The notes under the pieces: generated by a model
Told to the model about the DNA's origin: nothing
The model's input: the letters and a program-made list of their open reading frames with translations, nothing else
The model's database searches: none
Program-made: the position numbers and the translations under genes
Assembly: GCA_964347045.1 (NCBI GenBank)
Contig: CAYFXC010000013.1
Span: forward strand, 1-46,409
From: an uncultured archaeon
Lineage (GTDB): Archaea; Asgardarchaeota; Hermodarchaeia; Hermodarchaeales; Hermodarchaeaceae
Direction of reading: 5' to 3'
DNA length: 46,409 bases
In this document: positions 1-9,224 of the stretch, piece after piece
How positions within the stretch are numbered: the stretch's first letter is position 1
Layout: every line of letters starts with the position of its first letter

Positions 1-54
1 GGGGGGGGGGGGGGGGGGGGGGGGGCGGGGGGGGGGGGGGGGGGGGGGGGGGGG
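1..54 (+). repeat. Poly-G low-complexity run at the window edge
   Basis: About 54 nt of G with one C interruption; reads as poly-Pro in the frame of the minus-strand gene; probably a collapsed or erroneous contig end. Confidence 0.85.
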
Positions 55-1555
55 CGGCCCAGATCCACCACCAGTACCAGCCAGGGACGTAGTAGTGGGG
101 GTAGTGTTTGATGCGTTTGTCGTAGTCGGGGGTGAGGAGGAGCCATTCGGCGTAGTCGTTGAGGGCGCTGGCTTGGGCTTTGGGGGTTTGGGCTTGGTCG
201 ATGTGGCGCCAGGCTTGGTCGATCATGCGAGTGTAGAAGACCTTCGTATCGGTGCGGCTGTAGCCTTCGAGTTTGCGGGCGGTGGTTTTGATGAGGGTGT
301 TGAGCATGGTGCGGACGCGGGCTTTGTGCAAGTTGCCTTGGGGGGTGATGGCTTTGAGGAAGAGGCGTTCGTAGTAGTGGAGGCGGCCTTGTTGGCTGGC
401 GGCTTTGGCGATTTCGCCTTGGTTGGGATGGAAGGTGGGTTTCCCGGGGTTGCCTGCGCGTTGAATCGTGAGGAGATCTTTTTTCAGGAGCCCAAAGACG
501 ATCATGGTGAAGACGCGGTTTAGCGGGATTTCATTGAGGACGGCGGCTTCGACGACGGTGAGGCCGCGGCGTACGCCCAGGGCTTCGACTTTGACTGCTG
601 GAGGGAGGTAGCGGCGTTTGACGAGGCGGCGGGCAAGTCCGCCTCGCTGAGCGCTTCGGACGACGCCGAGACAGCAGGCCCCGAGGAAGATAAGCATCAC
701 CGCGCCGACAAGGAGGATTTCACCGTATTCTTCGAAGAAGGCCCAGAAGTCGAAACCATCGGTGGGTCCGTTGGTCGTGTAGTAGGTGGTGATGTAGGAT
801 TCATCGTAGGGGAAGCTGATGCCGTGGAGGATGCCTTGGTAGTTGGCAAGGTTGGTGTATTCCCAAGCATAGACGAGGCTGGTGTTCGTCCAGTAGAAAG
901 TGGACGGAGCATTGTAGTGGTATTTGGCGAGTGTGCCATTGTTAAAACCGTCAGGGAAGTGGAGGTGACAGGCCAAGTAATCAGTGCCTCGGTTGAAGTC
1001 AGGGTCAAACCAGGTAGGGATAAATTGGTAACCGACGTAGCCAGGGGTGGCCGGGTCGGTGTCCAAGTAGACCATGCGTTCTTGGTTACCCCAGACGAGG
1101 AGGGTCCCCTCTTCACCAGTCCCGGGGCGGAGCGCCGGCGGAATGAAGATTTCGACGCCAATGTCGATGACCGAAGAGGCGGCAATAGAGGTGAGCTCAA
1201 CGTAGGAGGCATTTTCAAGTGACCAGTAGGCACGAAAGCTGCCAAGCACATAGTAGGGATTGGGTAACCCGACATCGATGTAGTCGAACTCGGTGCCATA
1301 ATTTTCAAAGGTCATTGAGTAGTTGATGATGACGGAGGCATCAATTTGGGGCAGGATATGTACGGTCTCGTTCAGGACGCGAAAATCATAATTCAAGGGG
1401 GTCGATCGATGGGAGGGAGTGGCGACATTTAGTGTATCGCCATATGGTGCTCCTTGCGTGAGCACAAAGGGACTTAAGAGTGTGAAGAAGAGACACACCA
1501 TCAGAGCGAAGGGAAAGAGTCTGGTTCGCGTCACGAGTTGGGCACATCCTTTCAT
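1..1555 (-). CDS. Large membrane protein, 3'-truncated (signal peptide, extracellular domain, TM helix, conserved RRGLT..EAA cytoplasmic domain); missed by the ORF track
   Basis: Manual translation from ATG 1555 (ATGA overlap with upstream stop): MKGCAQLVTRTRLFPFALMVCLFF...FDYIDVGLPN...FIPTWFDPDF...ILLVGAVMLIFLGACCLG...KRRYLPPAVKVEALGVRRGLTVVEAAVL...YERLFLKAI...YAEWLLL...GWYWWWIW, with no stop before the edge. Confidence 0.85.
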   Translation of the reverse strand, partial: MKGCAQLVTRTRLFPFALMVCLFFTLLSPFVLTQGAPYGDTLNVATPSHRSTPLNYDFRVLNETVHILPQIDASVIINYSMTFENYGTEFDYIDVGLPNPYYVLGSFRAYWSLENASYVELTSIAASSVIDIGVEIFIPPALRPGTGEEGTLLVWGNQERMVYLDTDPATPGYVGYQFIPTWFDPDFNRGTDYLACHLHFPDGFNNGTLAKYHYNAPSTFYWTNTSLVYAWEYTNLANYQGILHGISFPYDESYITTYYTTNGPTDGFDFWAFFEEYGEILLVGAVMLIFLGACCLGVVRSAQRGGLARRLVKRRYLPPAVKVEALGVRRGLTVVEAAVLNEIPLNRVFTMIVFGLLKKDLLTIQRAGNPGKPTFHPNQGEIAKAASQQGRLHYYERLFLKAITPQGNLHKARVRTMLNTLIKTTARKLEGYSRTDTKVFYTRMIDQAWRHIDQAQTPKAQASALNDYAEWLLLTPDYDKRIKHYPHYYVPGWYWWWIWAAPPPPPPPPPPPPPPPPP

Positions 1556-1920
1556 TGATTGTTATCTTTAATTGATTGTTGGTCAATATCGTTCAAGAGC
1601 TTTTGGGCGCTTTCCGCATCGATGCGCATCAGCTCATCGAGGACCCTTTCGTCGAAGTCTTCGTTGGTGGCTTCGATGATGACTCGCCCCCAATAGCCAC
1701 ATCGAAGACAGCGGAATTTAGGCGGGGTAATTCCCATGGCGCCTCCGATATCATACCAAGGTTCCCGGCTACGAATATTAGGAGATTTACATTTTGGACA
1801 GATTGTAATCCGAACGAGTTTTCCATCTTTTTTCAAGTCTTCCAGTACTTGAGTGAGCCGTGAGAGGATTTCTTCACTCGACAGTGTGTCCGAAGACGGT
1901 TTGGATGGTTTGGGGGCCAT
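1552..1920 (-). CDS. Zinc-ribbon protein
   Basis: CPKC...CLRC motif pair; stop overlaps the start of the next gene. Confidence 0.75.
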   Translation of the reverse strand: MAPKPSKPSSDTLSSEEILSRLTQVLEDLKKDGKLVRITICPKCKSPNIRSREPWYDIGGAMGITPPKFRCLRCGYWGRVIIEATNEDFDERVLDELMRIDAESAQKLLNDIDQQSIKDNNQ

Positions 1921-2016
1921 TTATGTGTTCAGCTCAGTCAGGGTCCTTTTGAGGAAAGATTGGGTTGTCTTATTGGTGCTAAGGAAAGACAGGCTTTTTT
2001 GCTTTCGGTTTTGATA

Positions 2017-2400
2017 TCACCATTTAACATCTTCGACGAGTTGGGAGACTTTGTTACAGTAGGCGCAAGTGAGGATAACGGCGCCGATACGTGGGTCGTA
2101 AGCAAGGTGTTCTCGGTCAGGTGTGCCACCACAATGTGGACATTTGATCTGGCCGACGTCAAAATCCCGTGGGAGATCAACTTGTGCCTGAACAACAACC
2201 CGTTCTGGTTGGCGTTGTCCAAGATACCCGAGAATGATAGCAACGACAATCAGTATTCCTGCACCACCGAAAAGCGTGAACGCCGTCATTTGATTGGCGA
2301 TGAGATCACCAACAGTGGCAATCAGGAACATGAAGCCGAAAAATCCTGCAATGATTGCAATGATTCCAAAGAAAATTGCAATACACGTTAATGCTCTCAT
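2017..2400 (-). CDS. Two-TM membrane protein with C-terminal zinc ribbon
   Basis: Two hydrophobic helices, then CPHC...CAYC. Confidence 0.8.
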   Translation of the reverse strand: MRALTCIAIFFGIIAIIAGFFGFMFLIATVGDLIANQMTAFTLFGGAGILIVVAIILGYLGQRQPERVVVQAQVDLPRDFDVGQIKCPHCGGTPDREHLAYDPRIGAVILTCAYCNKVSQLVEDVKW

Positions 2401-2455
2401 ATGAGAGAGTTTGCAAGCTTTCGCCTTTTATCCTTTCGTGTCACCTAAATTGTGC

Positions 2456-2514
2456 CCCGCATTCACCGTTTTGTGAAGGCGGGTTTTCCAAGGATACCCC
2501 GAGAGGGGTGCCTT
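2456..2514. other. Two tandem stem-loops between divergent promoters
   Basis: CCCGCaTTCAC-N6-GTGAAgGCGGG (2456-2483) and AAGGaTACCCC-GAGA-GGGGTGCCTT (2490-2514). Confidence 0.55.
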
Positions 2515-2545
2515 TATAGGAGCCGAATCGAGGGATGTATAGGTT

Positions 2546-3232
2546 GTGCTCGTTATGGTTCGGCTACAAGTTGCTTTAGACTTTGAGAATCTAGATGATG
2601 CACTCAAAGTAGCAGAACAAGTGGCGCCTTATGTGGATATCATGGAGGTTGGAACGCCTCTGATCAAAGCCGAAGGGATTGGCGCCATCAAAGCCATTAA
2701 CAAAGCCTATCCAAACAAAGCGCTTTGTGCAGATCTTAAAACCGCGGACACAGGCTATTTAGAGGTGCGGATGGCAGCAATGGCTTCCGCGAATATTATT
2801 ACGGTGTTAGCAGATGCCTATGATGAAACACTCCTTGGAGCCCTTAAAGCAGCCCATGAATTTGGAGTAGAGGTCATGGCGGATTTGATTGTCTCCCGGA
2901 TCCCCATCAGCCGACTAGCCGATATTCTAGGACTTTCGTATAAAGGCACCGAAATCCACTACGCTTGTGTTCACAGCGGATTGGATCGTCGCGCGGCACG
3001 ACGTGCACCCTTAGCTGAGTTAGATTCGGTTGCTCGATTACGTGGTCACCCCTGTCTTGCTGTCGCCGGAGGCATTCGGGTTGCCGACCTCCCCAATATT
3101 TTAGCCTACCCGGTTGAAATTGTGATTGCCGGGGGAGGAATTACCAAATCAAAAAATCCCGCTCGGGCTGCCCAAGCGTTCCAAAAAACAATACAGAAAC
3201 TAACTGCCAAAAAATCAGAAAAAGCCTTTTAG
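2546..3232 (+). CDS. hxlA: 3-hexulose-6-phosphate synthase (OMPDC/HUMPS family)
   Basis: LQVALD, EVGTPLIKAEG, DLKTADTG (DxKxxD), HSGLD, AVAGGI; TTTATA at 2513-2518; true start may be ATG 2555. Confidence 0.88.
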   Translation: MLVMVRLQVALDFENLDDALKVAEQVAPYVDIMEVGTPLIKAEGIGAIKAINKAYPNKALCADLKTADTGYLEVRMAAMASANIITVLADAYDETLLGALKAAHEFGVEVMADLIVSRIPISRLADILGLSYKGTEIHYACVHSGLDRRAARRAPLAELDSVARLRGHPCLAVAGGIRVADLPNILAYPVEIVIAGGGITKSKNPARAAQAFQKTIQKLTAKKSEKAF

Positions 3233-4986
3233 CTTTCGGTCGGTTCGAGTTCTCTATCGATCCAAGCAAATTTGCGTTGCAGGATCGCCGAGTAAAAGTC
3301 CTTCCAATCATAATCGACTTGACGCCCCCAATCACGATAAATCCGTGGATCAATATAGGCTTTGAGACTTGTCCCAAGATTCCAAGTTCGGGTTTTTTTA
3401 GCAATATCGATCTGAGCATTAAGTTTGTCTTTAGCTTCTTTCGCCCGGGTGAGGCGTTCTTTCGCGGTTTCGACACTTCGTCGCGCGGTTTCGATTGAGG
3501 ACACATACGGGCGATTCTTTCCACGTGGAATGGGTTTGCCCTTTTCTTTTAACTGGTTAAGTTTCACCTTTTGTTTCGTTTCAAGCTCTTTTAGACGAGT
3601 TAGTCGAGCATCAAGATTTTGTTTGGCTTTAGTAATCCGTTCAACTGCTTTCTTTTTCCGTTCCCGGAATCGTTGTAATCGGTTGGTCCAACCTTTAGGT
3701 GCTTGCTTGGTATGGTTACACACAATGGCTGCTTGGAGATTAGCTCGTTTTGCGGCGTTTTTCTTTACCCAATTAGGATCTTCAGATTTGACTCGTGAGC
3801 GACTCAAAGAGGTTCGAACAGTACTACTGGCATGATAAGTACGAAATACTTTGGCAGTCAATCCTGGCATAATCTCTGAAAGATAAGCGTTGACGTTGCG
3901 GCTCTTAACATCCGGGAAAATCTGAGGGCGATCTCGACTTGGATGCCCCCGTCCTCGACGATTACTGGGTCGTGGTGTTCTAGCATTCTCGATGAGTGCT
4001 TCTAATTCTTCGATTACCTCAGGAGGTAATTTCACCGTTTTATGCCACGGAACCGAGTCTTTTCCAAGAAACCTGAACTCAACTTCGCCATTGGCTTTTA
4101 CCGTAACATGTTCAGGGCGCAACGTGGTGGCACCAACTGTATCAGCTTCATCTGGGTCTTTTTCATCCCCAACACGGAGACTTAGCACATCAATAAGATA
4201 ACAGGCTGTAGCGATTTCTCGTCGCCTTGCTTGATTAGAATTCATGTCATCTTGAATAGCACGACGCACGCTAGTAATGCGTTTGGCGAGCTGTAGAGCA
4301 ACCGCAAATTTCTGTGCCTCCCGATCCTGCTTTATTGATGCAGTATCAGACACCCAGACATATTTGATCTTGCCCGACAACTTGTCTTCCCATCGAGCAA
4401 CCCAAAGATTATCAGGTTGCCACATGCGCCCTGCCCAGTTCCCGTGGGGCATAGGAGCATCAGGACTCAGATTAAGTGTAATATCCTTCTGTTGTGGACC
4501 AGGCTTCCATCTTCCCCGTAAGGGATGTTTACCTCGCCCCATGAAAATACAGCTTGGCTCAGCTGTCCAATTGGAAATTTCAACCTGTTCATCATCAATA
4601 ACAGCATACCCGAATTGCTCGCGGAGGGCTTCACGGATTTCTTTACGCTCAGCAGCTAAGATCTTTCGATCTTCCTTGGTTAGGGCGTTTTTTTCTTCTT
4701 GTTCCCGGTCTCGGCGTTCGATGCCTTCGCGAAAGACAACGCCTAATTCAATTTCTTGAGGTTTTACGGCAGGTTTGATGCCTAAGGCTTTACTGAAATC
4801 TTTCAAAAAATTTCGCACAAAAACTTGGTCTTCCCAATAACCTAGGTGTCGTTTAGCGACAAACGTCATGACCATTTGTTCTTGTTGGGCATCAAGTTCA
4901 TAATCGGTACCCCGAATGGTTAGTACCATACCTGTGGGAGGTGGAAGGCTAATGATCCGGATACCATTATGAACCAGCCGTTTCAT
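3229..4986 (-). CDS. top1: DNA topoisomerase IB (long, eukaryote-like form)
   Basis: FMGRGKHPLRGRWK, LRVGDEK (R), DTVGATTLR, FLGKDS (K), KVFRTYHAS (R), CNH (H), coiled-coil linker, LGTSLKAYIDPR (catalytic Y); start placed at MKRLVHNG. Confidence 0.96.
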   Translation of the reverse strand: MKRLVHNGIRIISLPPPTGMVLTIRGTDYELDAQQEQMVMTFVAKRHLGYWEDQVFVRNFLKDFSKALGIKPAVKPQEIELGVVFREGIERRDREQEEKNALTKEDRKILAAERKEIREALREQFGYAVIDDEQVEISNWTAEPSCIFMGRGKHPLRGRWKPGPQQKDITLNLSPDAPMPHGNWAGRMWQPDNLWVARWEDKLSGKIKYVWVSDTASIKQDREAQKFAVALQLAKRITSVRRAIQDDMNSNQARRREIATACYLIDVLSLRVGDEKDPDEADTVGATTLRPEHVTVKANGEVEFRFLGKDSVPWHKTVKLPPEVIEELEALIENARTPRPSNRRGRGHPSRDRPQIFPDVKSRNVNAYLSEIMPGLTAKVFRTYHASSTVRTSLSRSRVKSEDPNWVKKNAAKRANLQAAIVCNHTKQAPKGWTNRLQRFRERKKKAVERITKAKQNLDARLTRLKELETKQKVKLNQLKEKGKPIPRGKNRPYVSSIETARRSVETAKERLTRAKEAKDKLNAQIDIAKKTRTWNLGTSLKAYIDPRIYRDWGRQVDYDWKDFYSAILQRKFAWIDRELEPTES

Positions 4987-5151
4987 CGCAAGAGGTCCTC
5001 GTTGTCTCGTTTCTGCGCCACCAATACAATTCGATATTTTAAGCATTTGGGGGAAACTACAGAGTACTTTGATTTCTTAACTCATTCCTAGCCCTTATGC
5101 ATGTATTCATTTCTTCTAATGGGAAGCGGCAAATATTTGATCGGAGTACTG

Positions 5152-5568
5152 TTATTCAGTAGCTTCTGTTTCTTCAATGAAATATTGTTCAACAAAACTG
5201 AAAATGGCATTACCCAAAAGGCTGCCAGAGAGCCCGAGTAATCCTCCAATGAGAATAATAATTGCTGCAAGTGCAGCGCCCATACCTTCTAGTCCCGCAA
5301 GAGCACCAAAGAGATCAAGAACCGCGATTCCACCAAAGGCAAGATGGATGCCAACAAGGATTCCCCAGGCCAAGAGCCCTCCCAGGAAGCCGACCAATGC
5401 GGCGCGCGAATAGCGACGCACGAAGAATCCGGCGACCACAGCAGCAAGAATTGCTCCTGGCCAACTGATAAAGTAGAGCAAGATTATTGTCAGGAACAGA
5501 ATTAGAAGGAAGGTTTTGATGAGATTTTGTTGAGCAAAAGCTTCGTAGATTCGTTGTGTTATGGTCAT
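5152..5568 (-). CDS. Small multi-pass membrane protein
   Basis: About four Gly-rich hydrophobic helices; 6 nt downstream of the acylase gene. Confidence 0.75.
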   Translation of the reverse strand: MTITQRIYEAFAQQNLIKTFLLILFLTIILLYFISWPGAILAAVVAGFFVRRYSRAALVGFLGGLLAWGILVGIHLAFGGIAVLDLFGALAGLEGMGAALAAIIILIGGLLGLSGSLLGNAIFSFVEQYFIEETEATE

Positions 5569-5574
5569 TGGGTA

Positions 5575-8133
5575 TCACCCCGTTAATATCAGGATTGATC
5601 CTATTCGAAACGAACGGAGCAGGAGATCATTGATATCGAAGTAGAGATAGTCGAGATGGTAGTCACCGATTAGGAAATACTCGAAGAGTTGATCGCTGTA
5701 ATGCCGTGAAAGGGGATTTCCACTTTGCCCACCGGGGATTACGCTTATTGCATGGTAGGGGTCGTTTAGGTTGACTATAAGGCGTTCACTGGCCCCACTT
5801 CGTGCGGCACCTTCTTCGCGCTCCCACATGTTCACTCGTGAGGGATTCACCGTCACTCCACTGCCATCCGCAGGTATCGGTTCATGCCCTAAAGCATCTC
5901 CGACCATGTGCGAATACACCACAAAATGGAACTTATCCCACGTCCATTGACTAACATCTAACCCTTCTTCATCGGCTAATCGCGTTACAGCAGCTTGAAA
6001 TGCGCGGATAATAATATCATCCCGTGTTTCGATGGTTCCTAAAGTTGTAACGTCATCAAACCAAGGAGAATTCGGATTAAACCGCGTCAGATTTTCTAAA
6101 ATTACCGGAGAAGGCCAAAGTAAACCAGCACGATTGGCAGGATATTCGTCACCGAATACATCTTCCCAATAAAAATCAAACCACGCGCGCCAAATAGTCG
6201 GAGCCACCCATTCTTTCAACATAGTATAATTCCAAGTACGTAATTGATCAATCGCAGCAGAGAGTAAGGAATCGCTGGTTATTGCTGAAGAGGCATTATC
6301 GAAGGCGTCGATTAGAAAAGGAACGAAGGCTTCGGCAGCTGTGTCTAAGACATCATTTTGGATACGTTTCATGTCATCCACAGTGAAACTATCATCACTT
6401 TCAAGCATCTGAATAATACGTCGTGCACGATAACCGGGGGCATAGCCTTGATGAATATAATAAGGATACGCAGAGGGACCTTGCAAGGCAGCCAGTTGGT
6501 TGGCACTGACAACCCACCCACGATCGGGATTAAGCGAAAGAGGTAATTCATCGAAGTCAATAAAATCAACCCATTCGCCCTCACCGGCAGACCCGTTGAA
6601 GGGAAGTCCACCATACCCTTCGGCACGAATGGGCCAATGACCCGTAGGACGAATGGCAATATTCCCATAGATATCAGCAAAAACAATGTTTTGTGAAATC
6701 GTCCACCAGAATTTTTGGCCTTCAATGAATTCAGTGTAATTTCGTGCCATAGTCATTTTATCTAAGGCTATTAATTCATAACTTGGTTCGGCACCAGTCC
6801 AATGTTGAGCGAGGACATAGTCATTATGGGTGATGCCTACATCGGACATGATGGTACCGTGGATACTACGTCTGATAGTATGATAGTAGGGTGGTTCTCC
6901 TTTCACAGTAATAATCGTGGTTTCTTCCTCAAAGGTGTGCCAAGCACCATCATACCAGTATTCATTGGGGTTTGCTGGATTGATTGTATAATAATACCAG
7001 TCAATGACATCTGCCCCAACGTTAGTAAAGCCCCAAGCCACATATTCGGTGTGTCCCGCGATAATGAGTGGAATACCCGGAGGAACGAACCCGTAAATGT
7101 TGCGACCCGTATCCGCTGCAACGAGGTGGGCTTGATACCAAATGGCAGGGACATCGCGTGAAAGATGCATGTCATTACAAAGGATGGGTCGACCTGTAGC
7201 GGATTTTGTGCTATTAATCGCCCAGTTATTGGAACCAATGAAATCATCTTGCCACCCTGATAGAATATTCTGAGGATCGGGAATATTTTCAGTCCACCTT
7301 AGGACGGCAGAGATGGCACTTTGTAAAGATTCAGGAACAGCTGGAGTATTGATGTCGATGGTAGGTGGGGAAATGTAGGAGTCGCCGTATTCAGGGACAA
7401 CAGGAATTTGGAGAGGGGGATTCAGCGGGAAGAGCTCCCAGGCGGACTCATTGCCTAATTCCGCGATTGTTCTAGCGAACTGAAGATCGGTATCAGACCA
7501 AGATAAGCCATAATCCAGAATTCTACCAATAGAAATCGAATCGATCAGAGTCCAAGCCCTGGGGTGATAATTCAAGAGCTTAAATTCAATTGGTAGATTT
7601 GCCCCGATATTGCTGATATAGAAGTTTACACCTAAGGCAAAGGCTTCAAGATTTTCTCGGAGAGTGGTGTTGTACTCATCTTGCTGAGAGTAAATTTGGT
7701 CAATGGTTAGTTGAGCAGCACGTTCCATTCCAAGGGTCCGTAAGAACCTATCTGCCGCAATGTAATTCGGTCCGAGAATCTCGGCCAATTGACCACGCGC
7801 TTGTCGACGTGTGATATCCATTTGCCAAAGCCGATCTTGGGCTTGGACATATCCAAAGGCAAAATACAAATCCCGTTCGTTTGCCGCATAAATGTGAGGC
7901 ACCCCCCAATTATCACGAACAACAGTTACTTGATCCGAAAGCCCAGGAACGTGAACCGCCGCGAAAGGAGGATGTTCTGCGTCTTGATACACTGTCCAGA
8001 TACCGGTAAACGGATCTATGAGTCCACCTAATGGCGGAATGATATCCAAGGGGACGATAAGAACTACAGACATACTGATTACCAGAGCGAGAGCAATGGC
8101 AAATTTTCCGATTTTTTTACCTGTTGAAGACAT
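5575..8133 (-). CDS. Penicillin acylase family Ntn hydrolase (peptidase S45), membrane-anchored
   Basis: RDNWGVPHIYA, GYVQAQDRLWQMD, GSNNW (N-terminal nucleophile Ser), NDMHL, PGGQSGNP; N-terminal TM. Confidence 0.93.
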   Translation of the reverse strand: MSSTGKKIGKFAIALALVISMSVVLIVPLDIIPPLGGLIDPFTGIWTVYQDAEHPPFAAVHVPGLSDQVTVVRDNWGVPHIYAANERDLYFAFGYVQAQDRLWQMDITRRQARGQLAEILGPNYIAADRFLRTLGMERAAQLTIDQIYSQQDEYNTTLRENLEAFALGVNFYISNIGANLPIEFKLLNYHPRAWTLIDSISIGRILDYGLSWSDTDLQFARTIAELGNESAWELFPLNPPLQIPVVPEYGDSYISPPTIDINTPAVPESLQSAISAVLRWTENIPDPQNILSGWQDDFIGSNNWAINSTKSATGRPILCNDMHLSRDVPAIWYQAHLVAADTGRNIYGFVPPGIPLIIAGHTEYVAWGFTNVGADVIDWYYYTINPANPNEYWYDGAWHTFEEETTIITVKGEPPYYHTIRRSIHGTIMSDVGITHNDYVLAQHWTGAEPSYELIALDKMTMARNYTEFIEGQKFWWTISQNIVFADIYGNIAIRPTGHWPIRAEGYGGLPFNGSAGEGEWVDFIDFDELPLSLNPDRGWVVSANQLAALQGPSAYPYYIHQGYAPGYRARRIIQMLESDDSFTVDDMKRIQNDVLDTAAEAFVPFLIDAFDNASSAITSDSLLSAAIDQLRTWNYTMLKEWVAPTIWRAWFDFYWEDVFGDEYPANRAGLLWPSPVILENLTRFNPNSPWFDDVTTLGTIETRDDIIIRAFQAAVTRLADEEGLDVSQWTWDKFHFVVYSHMVGDALGHEPIPADGSGVTVNPSRVNMWEREEGAARSGASERLIVNLNDPYHAISVIPGGQSGNPLSRHYSDQLFEYFLIGDYHLDYLYFDINDLLLRSFRIGSILILTG

Positions 8134-8213
8134 TGCAACTCCGTCCTTGCAAATTCCTAGAATATAGGTGATTCTTCCTAAAAGCAGTTAAGTTTCTTGC
8201 ATCCCAATACATC

Positions 8214-8909
8214 GTGGACGCAATGTGGGCATTCTATCTTGTTTTGGCAATCATCGGTACTATTCTGATATTTCTTGTTTTCATCATCGCCACGGAGGGA
8301 CGTTACTTCGGCAAAAGATTAATTCGTTGGGGATATGACCGGCAATCAGCGGCATTCGAAGTTCGAGATGATTGGGAGCTATGGGAACACCTCATAAAGC
8401 GACTGAGAATTAGCCCCACTGAAAAGCTCCTAGATTTAGGAACACAAACGGGGCATTTGCCTCGACTTGTTGCCCGACGACGAGGATTCAAAGGACACGT
8501 TGTGGGCATTGATTGGTCAGAAGAAATGATTCGAGAAGCCCGCCGACAATCACGACTAGAGGGAACCCAATCCAACACCCAGTTTCTTTGTAGAGATGTT
8601 CAAAAACCACTGCCATTCGAAAATAACACATTCACTTTGGTAACAGTAGTAACTGGTTTAATGAATGGCTTGAAAACCCCTGAAGCATTATTTCAAGAAA
8701 TCCACCGAGTCCTAACACCACTTGGTCGAGTTGCGTTTCGTTTTACCCCTCAACAGTTACGATATCCACCAATTAGGAAGCCAAAGTGGTTTGTATCACG
8801 ATTAGAGCCACTTGGATTCATCTACTTAGAATCTCTAAAATGGACAACTAATTACGAAATTATCGTATTTCAGATACCAGAACTAGAAAAACCTGAAATA
8901 TCAACCTAG
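8214..8909 (+). CDS. Class I SAM-dependent methyltransferase with N-terminal TM
   Basis: LLDLGTQTG, GIDWSEEMI, LPFENNTF, EIHRVLTPLG. Confidence 0.85.
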   Translation: MDAMWAFYLVLAIIGTILIFLVFIIATEGRYFGKRLIRWGYDRQSAAFEVRDDWELWEHLIKRLRISPTEKLLDLGTQTGHLPRLVARRRGFKGHVVGIDWSEEMIREARRQSRLEGTQSNTQFLCRDVQKPLPFENNTFTLVTVVTGLMNGLKTPEALFQEIHRVLTPLGRVAFRFTPQQLRYPPIRKPKWFVSRLEPLGFIYLESLKWTTNYEIIVFQIPELEKPEIST

Positions 8910-9179
8910 ATGCGGGAGTTCACGGGTGAGTACCCAATAGGGTTTACCAGGAACACGATGTCGATAAATCTCAAAGCGCTTCCCACTTTCAACTTGGACG
9001 ATAAAGTAATCCCGATGTTTTCTTCGATACCAGGTACTCCGAAGATCCAAACGCCGGTCGCTAGCCTCGATTTCAACAATCTTATAGTGCTGATTTCGCC
9101 AAGTAAAACTCACCGGTTTTTCGAGATCAATAGTCTTGACAGAAATCCGTTCACCAATAAATCGCCCTTTGTTAGTCAT
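8901..9179 (-). CDS. Small conserved hypothetical protein (DUF6504-like)
   Basis: PVSFTWR...WYRR..RDYF.V...G..FEIYR.....W.L pattern. Confidence 0.7.
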   Translation of the reverse strand: MTNKGRFIGERISVKTIDLEKPVSFTWRNQHYKIVEIEASDRRLDLRSTWYRRKHRDYFIVQVESGKRFEIYRHRVPGKPYWVLTRELPHLG

Positions 9180-9224
9180 TTAATGTTCAGATTCTTTTAT
9201 GCCCGTAACTTTTTTTACGTTCCT

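Noticed and set aside
95-1308. Track ORFs 95-523(+), 824-1222(+) and 697-1308(-)
   Set aside because: Shadow frames of the real minus-strand gene, kept open by biased codon usage.
1-1500. Left end as viral, foreign or chimeric DNA because of its odd composition
   Set aside because: It encodes one continuous membrane-protein frame coupled to the adjacent gene; no Rep, capsid or integrase motifs.
8910-9224. 105-aa N-terminal extension of the PAC2 ORF
   Set aside because: Antisense to the 8901-9179 gene; a TATA-like box supports ATG 9225.
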